Shown: positions 48,653 through 57,716 of the stretch, one piece after another
How the letters are laid out: every line of letters starts with the position of its first letter
How positions within the stretch are numbered: position 1 is the stretch's first letter
NCBI GenBank assembly: GCA_025350815.1
Contig: JANXXE010000051.1
Coordinates: 37 to 64,036 of the forward strand
Length of the DNA: 64,000 nt
DNA from: Myxococcales bacterium
GTDB lineage: Bacteria; Myxococcota_A; Polyangia; Fen-1088
Reading direction: 5' to 3'
Made by a program: the position numbers and the translations under genes
The notes under the pieces: model-generated
What the model saw: the letters and a program-made list of their open reading frames with translations, nothing else
The model's database searches: none
What the model was told of the DNA's origin: nothing

Positions 48653-48868
48653 CGCACGGCCCGGGCCAGCGTGGCCAGAGCGCCTCAAGTCATCGACTGA
48701 AACTGTCGACCCATTGCTATCTGACAAATGTCACGTAATTTCGCTTACGTCATATTGCGTCTAATAATTTGGGAGGCTTGTACTGGTGACGTTTCGCAGC
48801 TGCGCCGTCCTTACCTTGACGAGGGCGAGAGGCCCTCAGGTTCAGGACCCGGCTAGGCAGGAGGAACC

Positions 48869-50599
48869 ATGCAGCGAATATCCTGTGTTCTTGCGTCCTT
48901 GATGGTAGCCGGGTGCACTGGCGAGATAGCCGGCACCGAGGCGCCCGCGGGTGATCAGACAGTTGGCGGCGCGCCCGCATCGCATCCTTCGCCGGGACGG
49001 GGCACCGGGGGGGCGACCGGCAGCGGCACGGGGGGCGCAACACAGCAGCCGCCTGGTGCCGATCCGACGCGGCCGGTGGCGGCCTGCGGTGCCGGGTCGA
49101 AGCTTCCCGCGTCGCCGATGCGTCGCCTGACCCGCACCGAATACAACAACACGGTTCGGGATCTGCTGTTCGTGAATAGCAAGCCGGCCACGTCGGTATT
49201 CGACGAGGACGAAAAGTTCGGTGGTTTTTACGCCAACAGCATAGCCCCGATGACGCGCTCGGGTGCCGAGGCGTACATGTCCCTGGCCGAAAGCCTGGCG
49301 GCCAACGTGGATCTCAGCAAGCTTGTCACCTGCGATCCGGCGCAAGGCGGCGAGGCGGCCTGCGCCCGCACCTTCATCACCAGTTTCGGCAAGCGCGCCT
49401 ACCGCAGGACGCTGGATGAGGGCGACATCGGCAGGCTGATGACCGTCTTCACCGCCGGTCGGATGGGCGCCGACTTTCAGGCCGGCATCCGCCTGGTCAT
49501 CACCGCCGCCCTGCAGGCGCCCGGGTTCATGTATCGCCCCGAGGCATCTGTGGCGGACAAGATTGACGCATCGACGGTGGCGCTGTCCGGGTTCGAACTG
49601 GCGAGCCGCCTGTCCTACTTCATCTGGTCCAGCATGCCTGACGACGCCCTGCTGGCGCTGGCTGAATCGGGCGCGATCGCCAAGACAGCGACGCTGGAAT
49701 CCGAGGTTCGCCGCATGCTGGCCGACCCCAGGGCGTCGGACACTTTCTCCAGTTTTGCGCGCCAGTGGCTGGGCGTGCGTGGGATCCCAGACAAAGATCT
49801 CAAATTGTTCCCGGACTTCAACGATGCCCTGTGGGCGTCGATGGGCGGCGAGGTAGACGCGCTGACGGATTACGTCTTCCGTCAGGGCGAGGGCAAGCTG
49901 ACGACCTGGCTGACTGCGCCCTTCTCGTTCGTCGATCCGGCGCTGGCCAAGTTGTACGCGCTGCCCACGCCCAAAACCAAGACCTTCGACAAGACAGCGA
50001 TGCCCGCCAACCAGCGCTCGGGCGTCATCACGACGGCGGCCATGCTGACCATGCGCGCGTTCCCGGGCGAAGGGTCGCCGATCCAGCGCGGCAAGTTTGT
50101 CCGTGAAAGTCTTTTCTGTCAGACGCCCCCGCCCCCGCCCCCCGGTGTCAACGTCACGGCGCCCGCTCGCGATCCCAACAAGTCTACCAAGCAGCGCTTC
50201 GACGCCCACCGCACCGACCCGACGTGCGCCACGTGCCACGAGCTGATGGACCCCCTTGGCTACGCGTTCATGAACTACGACGCGATTGGGCGCTGGCAGA
50301 CCATGGACGGAAATTTCCCCGTCGATGCCAAGGGTGAAATCAAGGGCACAGTCAGCAGCAACGGCGCCTACGACGGGGCCATCGATCTCGGACACAAGCT
50401 GGCTGACAGCGGAGAAGTACAGCGCTGCGTCTCGCGGCAATGGCTGCAATTCTCGCTCGGTCGGCCGGACGAAGATGGCGATTCGTGTGCGGTCGACGAA
50501 CTGACCAAGAAGTTCGTCGGAGCGAACCAGGACATGCGCGAATTGCTGGTGGCTGTCGCGACCAGTTCGTCCTTTCGGTACCGACGGATCAGCAACTAA
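48869..50599 (+). CDS. DUF1592/DUF1588/DUF1585-family lipoprotein
   Basis: 576 aa. Lipobox MVAGC, a CATCHELMDP CxxCH-like motif and an architecture typical of the family paired with DUF1552. SD AGGAGG upstream. Confidence 0.65.
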   Translation: MQRISCVLASLMVAGCTGEIAGTEAPAGDQTVGGAPASHPSPGRGTGGATGSGTGGATQQPPGADPTRPVAACGAGSKLPASPMRRLTRTEYNNTVRDLLFVNSKPATSVFDEDEKFGGFYANSIAPMTRSGAEAYMSLAESLAANVDLSKLVTCDPAQGGEAACARTFITSFGKRAYRRTLDEGDIGRLMTVFTAGRMGADFQAGIRLVITAALQAPGFMYRPEASVADKIDASTVALSGFELASRLSYFIWSSMPDDALLALAESGAIAKTATLESEVRRMLADPRASDTFSSFARQWLGVRGIPDKDLKLFPDFNDALWASMGGEVDALTDYVFRQGEGKLTTWLTAPFSFVDPALAKLYALPTPKTKTFDKTAMPANQRSGVITTAAMLTMRAFPGEGSPIQRGKFVRESLFCQTPPPPPPGVNVTAPARDPNKSTKQRFDAHRTDPTCATCHELMDPLGYAFMNYDAIGRWQTMDGNFPVDAKGEIKGTVSSNGAYDGAIDLGHKLADSGEVQRCVSRQWLQFSLGRPDEDGDSCAVDELTKKFVGANQDMRELLVAVATSSSFRYRRISN

Positions 50600-50610
50600 C
50601 GGGGGAACAC

Positions 50611-51954
50611 ATGCGAATTTCCAATCTGACCCGCCGCCAGCTCCTCGGTTCGACTGCCGCCGGGGCCGTCCTTGCCCCCTTTGTACCGCTGTTGCCGGCG
50701 CGCGCTGCCCTCGACAAGCCGCCTTTGCGCTTGATCATGATGTACAGCTCGAACGGGACGGTGCGCGAAGCCTGGCTACCGACGGTTGCCAACGGCCAGC
50801 TGCAGCTACCCGCGATTCTGGCGCCGCTTGAGAAGCACAAGGGCGACATGATCGTCATAGATGGCATCAAGCACTCGGGCGGAGAAAAGGCGCAGGGCGG
50901 GCACGCGGGCGGGATCACTTCTTGCCTCACGGGCTCTGTGGGGAAGTTCGTCGGCACCGTCATTCGCGCGCCCAGTATTTCTGTCGATCAGCACATCGCC
51001 AATACGGTCTCCAACAATCTAAAGTTCAAGGTCATAAATCCCGGCGTTATCGTGGACACATTCGATGCAGAAGTCTGCGCATTTTCCTACACCGGTCCCA
51101 TGCAGTACGTATTTCCAGAAAATGACCCTTTGAAGCTGTATGGCAAGGTCTTCGCCAATACGCAATTGCCAAGCGGCGGCGTTCCCGGTCCAACAAATGA
51201 TCGAGCCAAGCTGGCCCGTCAAAGCGTCATTGACTACGTGCGATCCGATCTGGCGGCACTCAAGCCCAAGCTGGGCGTGGACGATCAGCAAAAGATTGAT
51301 CGCCACCTGCAAATCATTCGCGAGGTGGAACAAGGGCTGGCGACAGGAGCGGGCGCGGCCGCATCGGTCGACTGCAAAAAGCCCGGTGTCCCAAACGTCG
51401 CCATTTCAAATGATACGATTCCCAAAATTGGGGATCTGCAGACGGACCTCCTGGTCACCGCGATGGCGTGCGACCTGAGCCGCGTGGGGACGCTTGCGTG
51501 GGGGCGCGCCGGCTGCAACCATCGGTTTACGTGGCTCGGCAAGCAATTCGATCTGCCCGGCGGCGTTCAAGGCATTCATGCCGCCGCGCACGACGAATTC
51601 AACCCGACCATGCGTTCGCTGCTGGTGCAGATGCACACCTGGTACGCCGCCCGTGTGGCGGCCCTGGTCGATCGCCTGAAGGCGACACCCGAAGGCAACG
51701 GGACAATGATGGATAACACCTTGGTGGTTTGGTTCAACGAGATTGGCGTGGGGTCAACCCACTCGCTGAGCAACGTTCCGTGGGTTTTGCTTGGGCATGC
51801 GCAAAAGCAGCTCAAAACTGGCCGGCTTCTGTCGGTACCGGGCAAGCCCAACAATGCCCTGCTGGTTTCGCTGTGTAATCTGATGGGTCTCGTCACTGTG
51901 AATACTTTCGGCGATCCTCAGTTTGGCAGCGGTTCGTTGCCCGGCCTGGTCTAG
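50611..51954 (+). CDS. DUF1552-family Tat-signal protein
   Basis: Start at MRISNLTRRQLLGSTAAGAVLAPF (twin-arginine), 11 nt after the upstream stop. Confidence 0.72.
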   Translation: MRISNLTRRQLLGSTAAGAVLAPFVPLLPARAALDKPPLRLIMMYSSNGTVREAWLPTVANGQLQLPAILAPLEKHKGDMIVIDGIKHSGGEKAQGGHAGGITSCLTGSVGKFVGTVIRAPSISVDQHIANTVSNNLKFKVINPGVIVDTFDAEVCAFSYTGPMQYVFPENDPLKLYGKVFANTQLPSGGVPGPTNDRAKLARQSVIDYVRSDLAALKPKLGVDDQQKIDRHLQIIREVEQGLATGAGAAASVDCKKPGVPNVAISNDTIPKIGDLQTDLLVTAMACDLSRVGTLAWGRAGCNHRFTWLGKQFDLPGGVQGIHAAAHDEFNPTMRSLLVQMHTWYAARVAALVDRLKATPEGNGTMMDNTLVVWFNEIGVGSTHSLSNVPWVLLGHAQKQLKTGRLLSVPGKPNNALLVSLCNLMGLVTVNTFGDPQFGSGSLPGLV

Positions 51955-52018
51955 CCCGTCGGCTGTCAAACGCCGATGCGTGACGTTTCCGGGCTGGGAA
52001 CGTCTTGGTTGCTGACCT

Positions 52019-54748
52019 ATGAACCAAAGAATGAAAGCCTTGATCATTGTCGGCTTGTTGTTGGCGCCCTCCGCAGTTTTCGCACAGGGCAGCAACTCGG
52101 GGGCCATCGTCGGAAATGTGATGGACCAGGCGGGAAATCCGGTCAAGGGCGTGAAGATTGTCGTGAAATCCGACACCCAGATCGGTGGGCAGAAGACGGC
52201 CTATACCAACGACGAAGGCTTTTTTCGCATCATCCAGCTAGAGCCCGGTGAGTTCGAGATTCATGCGACGGCGCCTGGTCTTGCGCCCTACGTCCAAAAA
52301 GGCGTGAAGGTCGGCATCAGTGCGGCTGCCGAGATCTCACCCATCATGGAGGTGAAGACCGCCGAGGAGCAGGTCGTCGTGGTCCAGAAGGCACCCGTCA
52401 TCAGCACCACGACGGCCAACGTGAAAGAGGTCTACGACGTCGAGTTCATGGATTCTCTGCCCCTGGCCGCGCGCAACAACGGCCCGGCCAGTATGGCCTT
52501 GTCCGCCTCGGGGGCCATTCGTGGGCAGAAGATGCGCGGCGGTAATGACAACCAGACCGCCTACACCATGGATGGGTTCACCATGCTCGGCCAGTTTCCG
52601 ACGCTGAAGTCAGCCGCGGCCTACGAGATCCAGGGTGCAGGGTACGGCGCCGACAACCCAACGGTGACGGGTGGTGTCGTGAATCTGGTGACGCGGTCGG
52701 GTTCCAATCGTTTTGAGGCGCAGTTCGAGACCTTCGTGCAAAGTCCGCAGCTTCAGTTCTTCCGGGATTCGACTGACTCGCGTCTGGGCGAATCGTTCCT
52801 CCTGCTCAATCCGACTTTATCCGGTCCCATCATCAAGGATCGCCTGTGGTTCGCGGTGAATGCCGAATTCAATGAATTCGTCGTCGGCCGCGACAAGGAT
52901 CCCCTGGGCATTCTTCCGGATCCACCGAATTCTCTGAAGACGGTCATGAAGGGGACGGGGAAAGTGACCTGGCAGGCGAGCCCACGACACAAGGTGTCAC
53001 TGGTATTCAACTGGGACTGGTCCTTCGAGTTCAATCGCAACGGCGGTCTTGGCTATACGGCCGATGCGCAGGAGGATCGCTTGAGTCGTCGCTACTTCGG
53101 CGGCCTAATTTGGGAAGCCTTGCTCACCGATAAGCTGGTTTTTCGCAGCCAGCTTGGCGTGGTCATGTGGCCGGAGCACATCTATCCGCGCCTGTGTGCA
53201 ACCAATCCGAACTGTGACTTTGTGGTTCCTGTCGCCAATACCTACCCGCGCACCGTCTATTACAACAACAGCAATAACCACCAGAGAAATGACACGTCCA
53301 GCATCGAACTTATCAACCGACTGGAGTACTTTCTCGACACGAAGTCGTTCGGCGAGCACGACATCAAGGTCTCGGACACCTTCCGTGCAGAACGTCAGGT
53401 GATGCGGCAGGCCAGGCCGGGGGACCAGTTTCTCCAGTACAACGGCGACATCCCGCTGCAATTGACAGAATACTTTTCAAACGATCCGCGCTACGAAACC
53501 CCGCGCTACGGCTGGAATATTGTTGCGGGGATCACCCAGAAAAACACCACGACGCTGGCCGACACCTGGCGGGCCACGCGCCACCTGACGTTCACGCCCG
53601 CCATCAGCCTGGTGTTTGGACGCGGCGAAAATCAGCGGGGCGATGTCGCGGTCAACACCCTTGCCTGGGCGCCCAGCATCACGGCGGCGTGGGATCCGAC
53701 GCACGACGGGCGCACGGTCATCCGCGGCAGCTTCAGCTCGTACGTCGACGTCGAATTGCTGGACCTGGCGCGCTTCAGTTCGGGCAGTCAGGCGTCGAGA
53801 AACTGCCGATACAACGCGGCCAATGGTCTGTTCGATACAGGTTGCACGTTCTCCGGCGGTCTGTCGTCGAATACCTTTGGCTTGCCGTGTGGACCGACGG
53901 GCGTGGATATCACGGGGAAGAATTGCCGCGAGGCCCTCAGAATTCCTCGGACCTGGGAGTACACCACGGGCGCTGAGCGCGAGGTGGTCGAGGGCGTCGC
54001 ACTGGGATCTGACGTCATCTACCGGCGCTTCATCAACCAGTACGAGTCGCGTGAGACCAACCGCATCTGGAACGCGTCGGGCAGCGAGCTGGACCGAACG
54101 GGCAGCTACAGGAACGGTCGGGCCCAGACCATCATGGATATGGGAACACCTGATGGCGCTCGGCGTTCGTACCTCGGCGTCACGACGTCGCTCAGCAAGC
54201 GTGAAGGTAAGGTCAAGGCCCGCATCGCGTACACGTGGAGCCAGTTGCAGGGCACCGTTTACGGCGGCAACAGCAACCCCTATGGAGACATCACGCCCCG
54301 TGACGTCTATTTGAACGGCCCGTTGTCGGACGATCACCGGCACGAGGTGAAGGCGCTCATGACGTATCAGGCCACTTCATGGCTGAGCCTGGGCGCGACG
54401 GATACTTATTACTCGGGCGTCCCGTACAGTCGGCTGTTTCGCAATACGGAGACGGGCAATTTCGAAGACTACCGCGCGCGCAGGGGCAGCAATCCCGGGA
54501 CGAATATCAACGATCCCAGTGACGATCGGGAACTGAGGCTGCCGGACGTTCAGGATATGGCCGTCCAGGTGCGCGTGAATTTGCGGCCCCTCATTGGCCA
54601 CCGGTTGGAGTTTTTTGCCGACATACTGAACGTGCTGGCGCTGCGGACGATTACAAGTGTGCAGGAACAGGATGGTCCGCAGTTTGGCCAGCTTACGGGC
54701 CGCATGTCGCCGTTCAGGGTGCGCCTCGGCGCCAGCTACAAATACTGA
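52019..54748 (+). CDS. TonB-dependent receptor of the Oar type (CarboxypepD_reg-like N-domain + plug + 22-strand barrel)
   Basis: 909 aa. Signal peptide, CarboxypepD_reg-like domain (AIVGNVMDQAGNPVKGVKIVVKSD...), C-terminal barrel ending ...LGASYKY. Confidence 0.85.
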   Translation: MNQRMKALIIVGLLLAPSAVFAQGSNSGAIVGNVMDQAGNPVKGVKIVVKSDTQIGGQKTAYTNDEGFFRIIQLEPGEFEIHATAPGLAPYVQKGVKVGISAAAEISPIMEVKTAEEQVVVVQKAPVISTTTANVKEVYDVEFMDSLPLAARNNGPASMALSASGAIRGQKMRGGNDNQTAYTMDGFTMLGQFPTLKSAAAYEIQGAGYGADNPTVTGGVVNLVTRSGSNRFEAQFETFVQSPQLQFFRDSTDSRLGESFLLLNPTLSGPIIKDRLWFAVNAEFNEFVVGRDKDPLGILPDPPNSLKTVMKGTGKVTWQASPRHKVSLVFNWDWSFEFNRNGGLGYTADAQEDRLSRRYFGGLIWEALLTDKLVFRSQLGVVMWPEHIYPRLCATNPNCDFVVPVANTYPRTVYYNNSNNHQRNDTSSIELINRLEYFLDTKSFGEHDIKVSDTFRAERQVMRQARPGDQFLQYNGDIPLQLTEYFSNDPRYETPRYGWNIVAGITQKNTTTLADTWRATRHLTFTPAISLVFGRGENQRGDVAVNTLAWAPSITAAWDPTHDGRTVIRGSFSSYVDVELLDLARFSSGSQASRNCRYNAANGLFDTGCTFSGGLSSNTFGLPCGPTGVDITGKNCREALRIPRTWEYTTGAEREVVEGVALGSDVIYRRFINQYESRETNRIWNASGSELDRTGSYRNGRAQTIMDMGTPDGARRSYLGVTTSLSKREGKVKARIAYTWSQLQGTVYGGNSNPYGDITPRDVYLNGPLSDDHRHEVKALMTYQATSWLSLGATDTYYSGVPYSRLFRNTETGNFEDYRARRGSNPGTNINDPSDDRELRLPDVQDMAVQVRVNLRPLIGHRLEFFADILNVLALRTITSVQEQDGPQFGQLTGRMSPFRVRLGASYKY

Positions 54749-54921
54749 TAGCGGGTCGGCGCGTAACCAAGATCGCCCGTCGTGCGGCCTTGGGGATCAT
54801 GGACGCGCGCCTGGCGATGCCCCTGTTGCACAGAGCCATAGATCCCGTGGTTGCCCTGGGTCCGCCCCCGGATCGGGCTGTCGAACGGCCGCCGCGCCTT
54901 GCGCATCGCTACTGGGTGCCG

Positions 54922-55302
54922 ATGCTGGGGAATGCGTTTCGCGTCCTGGAGGCCTTTGGCGACGCCCGCGCTGAGCTGAGCCTTCAGGATGTGACGACAT
55001 CGGCGAAGATAACGAAAACATCCGCGTTCAGGATCCTCTTCACGCTGGGCCAGCTTGGCTACGTGACGAAGGACGCAAGAACGGGCCGGTATCGCCTGGG
55101 CCGTCAGCTGTTCGAGGTGGCCCAGCGAGCCTGCGCGGGGGGCGATGTGGCGCCCGCGGCGCAGCCGCATATGCGCGCCCCTGGCGGTCGTTTCGGCGAG
55201 ACCATCAGCCTGTGCTGGCGGGTCGTCGCCGCGAAAGCGGCAGCGCTATCGGCGCCTGCGAAGGCGGGTCGCAGCCCGGCTCGGGAAGGCCAGCAGAAGT
55301 AG
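54922..55302 (+). CDS. IclR-type HTH domain protein lacking the effector-binding domain (possibly truncated)
   Basis: IclR HTH (LSLQDVTTSAKITKTSAFRILFTLGQLGYVTKDARTGRYRLG) followed by only about 60 aa. The ORF could start at 54790. Confidence 0.45.
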   Translation: MLGNAFRVLEAFGDARAELSLQDVTTSAKITKTSAFRILFTLGQLGYVTKDARTGRYRLGRQLFEVAQRACAGGDVAPAAQPHMRAPGGRFGETISLCWRVVAAKAAALSAPAKAGRSPAREGQQK

Positions 55303-55315
55303 TCGGGACGGCGCC

Positions 55316-56353
55316 CTATTGCACGAATTTCAGACAGCACCCCGTCTGGCAAAAATACCCCGCCGCCGTCGCGCAGCCATTGGTCGCCACTTGTCCACCG
55401 GGGCCGCAGGACATGATGCCGGGCGGACATTGCGGGGCCGGGGGCGTTGGGCCCGGGGGCCCTGCGTCGACACCGGGAGCCGGCGGCGGCGCCGCATCGA
55501 CACCGGGAGGAGGCGGCGGTGGCGGTAAGGGCGGCTGGCCGCCGGGAATGCTGGGGCAACTGGGGTCGGGGCTGGGTTTGCCGACGCAGATCTCGCACTT
55601 TTCACAGGTGTTTATGCATGACGCTTGCTGCGTACAAACGGGGCATGCCAGCGGGTTGCCGAAGTCCTTGGCGGTGCAGCCGGCGACCAGAAGAACGGCG
55701 CGGGTGGCCCCGTTGCTCGGCACCGCACAGCAGCCAAAACAGTCACAACCGTTGGGGGTCAGCTTCTGGCAGTTCATCACACACCTGGCGGACTGCGTCG
55801 CCGGGCAGTTCTTGAACCCGGGGTCGTAAGGGCAGGGCTTGGTCGTGTGCGCGCCCGGATTGGCTGCATCGCACTTCAGATTCCATTCGCAGCCGTCGTC
55901 ACCCATGCCAGAATTGCCGTCGAAGAAACAATCCTGCTTGCAGGCATCCACGTTATCGCCCGGGATTCCGGTGGCGAAGCTGCCTTCGTCATTGTCACAG
56001 GGCCCCACGCACTCGGGGTCGGCGGAATCGATCTTGCCGTCATGGTCGTTGTCGATCCCGTCGCTGCACTGGGCCGGACTGACGGGACAAATCGCCGGGG
56101 TTGTGACCATGCCCCCCGCGCCGGCGTTGCCCCCGGCGCCCACCCCGCCCGTGCCGGCCGTACCGCCTTTGCCGGCTTTGCCGCCTGTGCCCCCAGCCCC
56201 GGACGAGCCTCCGCCGCCCACAGCGCTCCCGGAATCATCCGTCGCCCCCCCGTCACCCATGAAAATTCCGGTGCCGTTGTTGTTGCAGCCCAGATACAGG
56301 GCCGGCGCGGTCAGGCAGGCAAGGGCCAGCAGACGTAATCTCGTCATGAACAT
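55316..56353 (-). CDS. secreted Cys-rich / Gly-rich / Pro-rich lipoprotein
   Basis: Start at MFMTRLRLLALACLTAPALYLGC (lipobox; coordinate accurate to 1-2 nt). Gly-rich low-complexity run, CSDGIDNDHDGKIDSADPEC acidic Ca-binding-like loop, at least 30 Cys in paired spacing, PPLPPPPPPPG stretch. Confidence 0.6.
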   Translation of the reverse strand: MFMTRLRLLALACLTAPALYLGCNNNGTGIFMGDGGATDDSGSAVGGGGSSGAGGTGGKAGKGGTAGTGGVGAGGNAGAGGMVTTPAICPVSPAQCSDGIDNDHDGKIDSADPECVGPCDNDEGSFATGIPGDNVDACKQDCFFDGNSGMGDDGCEWNLKCDAANPGAHTTKPCPYDPGFKNCPATQSARCVMNCQKLTPNGCDCFGCCAVPSNGATRAVLLVAGCTAKDFGNPLACPVCTQQASCINTCEKCEICVGKPSPDPSCPSIPGGQPPLPPPPPPPGVDAAPPPAPGVDAGPPGPTPPAPQCPPGIMSCGPGGQVATNGCATAAGYFCQTGCCLKFVQ

Positions 56354-56533
56354 CGTACGACCAGCGCGGTGCGGGGATACGTCGAATAGTCGGCGGCGCG
56401 AGTAATCGTTGGGGAGTAATCGTTGGATCGATGTCGCACCTCCGCGTACCACGCCAATGTCCCCGACATTCAGCGGGTCGAGTATGATCAATTCGTGTAT
56501 CCGGGCGATGGGGACGGTCGTAAGAGATCCGCC

Positions 56534-57139
56534 GTGACCGGATCGTACCCATTGCCGCTGGTACAGACGCGCGTGGAGCCGACGGAGGAAGAGCAGATCG
56601 TGGCTCGTTGTCTGGCCGGTGATGCAGAGAGCTTTCGGCCGCTGGTCCACCGCTACCAGCGACTAGCCTTCTCGGTGGCGCTGCGCATGCTGGGGTCGCG
56701 CGCCGACGCCGAGGACGTCACTCAGCAAGGGTTCACGGACGCCTACCGCGCCCTTGACCGGTTCCGTGGCGACGGCCGCAAGAACGCGTTTTCGACGTGG
56801 CTCGTACGCATCGTCGTCAATCGCTCGAAGGACATCCTGAAATCGAAAAAACGGACCGAATCACCCCTTGACGGTGATGTAGCGGGGTCGGACGCGATCT
56901 TTGCCCACCAGCCCCGGTCTCCCGAAGAAACGCTCGTCCTCGCCCAGAGGCGACGTTCTTTGGAGGTCGCCCTGCAGAAGATCCCGCTGAAGTACCGCGA
57001 GGTACTGGTTCTCAAGGATGTCGAGGACCTTGCTTACGAGGACATCCGCGCCATCCTGCGCTTACCGATCACCACGCTCAAGATCCGTGTCGTCAGGGCG
57101 CGGGCGATGATGCGCGAATATTTGGGGGACACGCGATGA
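56534..57139 (+). CDS. ECF (group 4) RNA polymerase sigma factor
   Basis: Region 2 (IVARCLAGDAESFRPLVHRYQRLAFSVALRMLG...DVTQQGF) and region 4 (LKYREVLVLKDVEDLAYEDIRAILRLPITTLKIRVVRAR). A GTG start at 56534 is assumed; the ORF is open from 56423. Confidence 0.75.
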   Translation: MTGSYPLPLVQTRVEPTEEEQIVARCLAGDAESFRPLVHRYQRLAFSVALRMLGSRADAEDVTQQGFTDAYRALDRFRGDGRKNAFSTWLVRIVVNRSKDILKSKKRTESPLDGDVAGSDAIFAHQPRSPEETLVLAQRRRSLEVALQKIPLKYREVLVLKDVEDLAYEDIRAILRLPITTLKIRVVRARAMMREYLGDTR

Positions 57140-57690
57140 CCGCGGAAGACGACAACGAATCCGATGGCATCCGGGGCCTGTCCGACCTGGCCCAGGTCGT
57201 GCCGCCGACCTCGCTGGTCCCCGCCGTCATGCGCAGAATTACCGAGCCCGAGCCCACCGGCCTATGGCACTGGTTGCGCCGCCCGCATTCCTTCGAAATT
57301 CGTTTGTCTCCGTTGGCTGCCGGCGCCCTGATGGCGGCCCTGGGCATGGTCGTGTTTGGCGTCGTGCGCCGCCCGGCAACCGAGTCTCAAGCGTTTATCA
57401 GCCATGCGCCGTCGAACACGATGGGCGACGGCGTCGTGTCGGTGCGGTTCGTGCTGGCCGCCCGGGGGGCGAAACGCGTGGCTATCGCAGGCGACTTCAA
57501 CGCATGGAATCCGGCGGACACCATTTTGGTCGACAGCGACGGGCAGGGGATGTTTGTGGCAACGATCCGGCTTCCGCGCGGGGCGCACGAGTACATGTTC
57601 GTCGTGGACGGGGAATGGGTGACGGATCCCGCCGCGGCCGAACGCCGCCCCGATGGATATGGGCGCACGAACGCTATCTTGCGTCTGTGA
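57136..57690 (+). CDS. membrane anti-sigma factor-like protein with periplasmic CBM48/AMPK-beta glycogen-binding-like domain
   Basis: Overlaps the sigma gene (ATGA). Single TM helix (AAGALMAALGMVVFGVV). C-terminal VSVRFVLAARGAKRVAIAGDFNAWNP...HEYMFVVDGEWVTDP matches the CBM48 core. Confidence 0.68.
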   Translation: MTAEDDNESDGIRGLSDLAQVVPPTSLVPAVMRRITEPEPTGLWHWLRRPHSFEIRLSPLAAGALMAALGMVVFGVVRRPATESQAFISHAPSNTMGDGVVSVRFVLAARGAKRVAIAGDFNAWNPADTILVDSDGQGMFVATIRLPRGAHEYMFVVDGEWVTDPAAAERRPDGYGRTNAILRL

Positions 57691-57716
57691 CCGCGGTACC
57701 GATTACTCTGTAGGTT

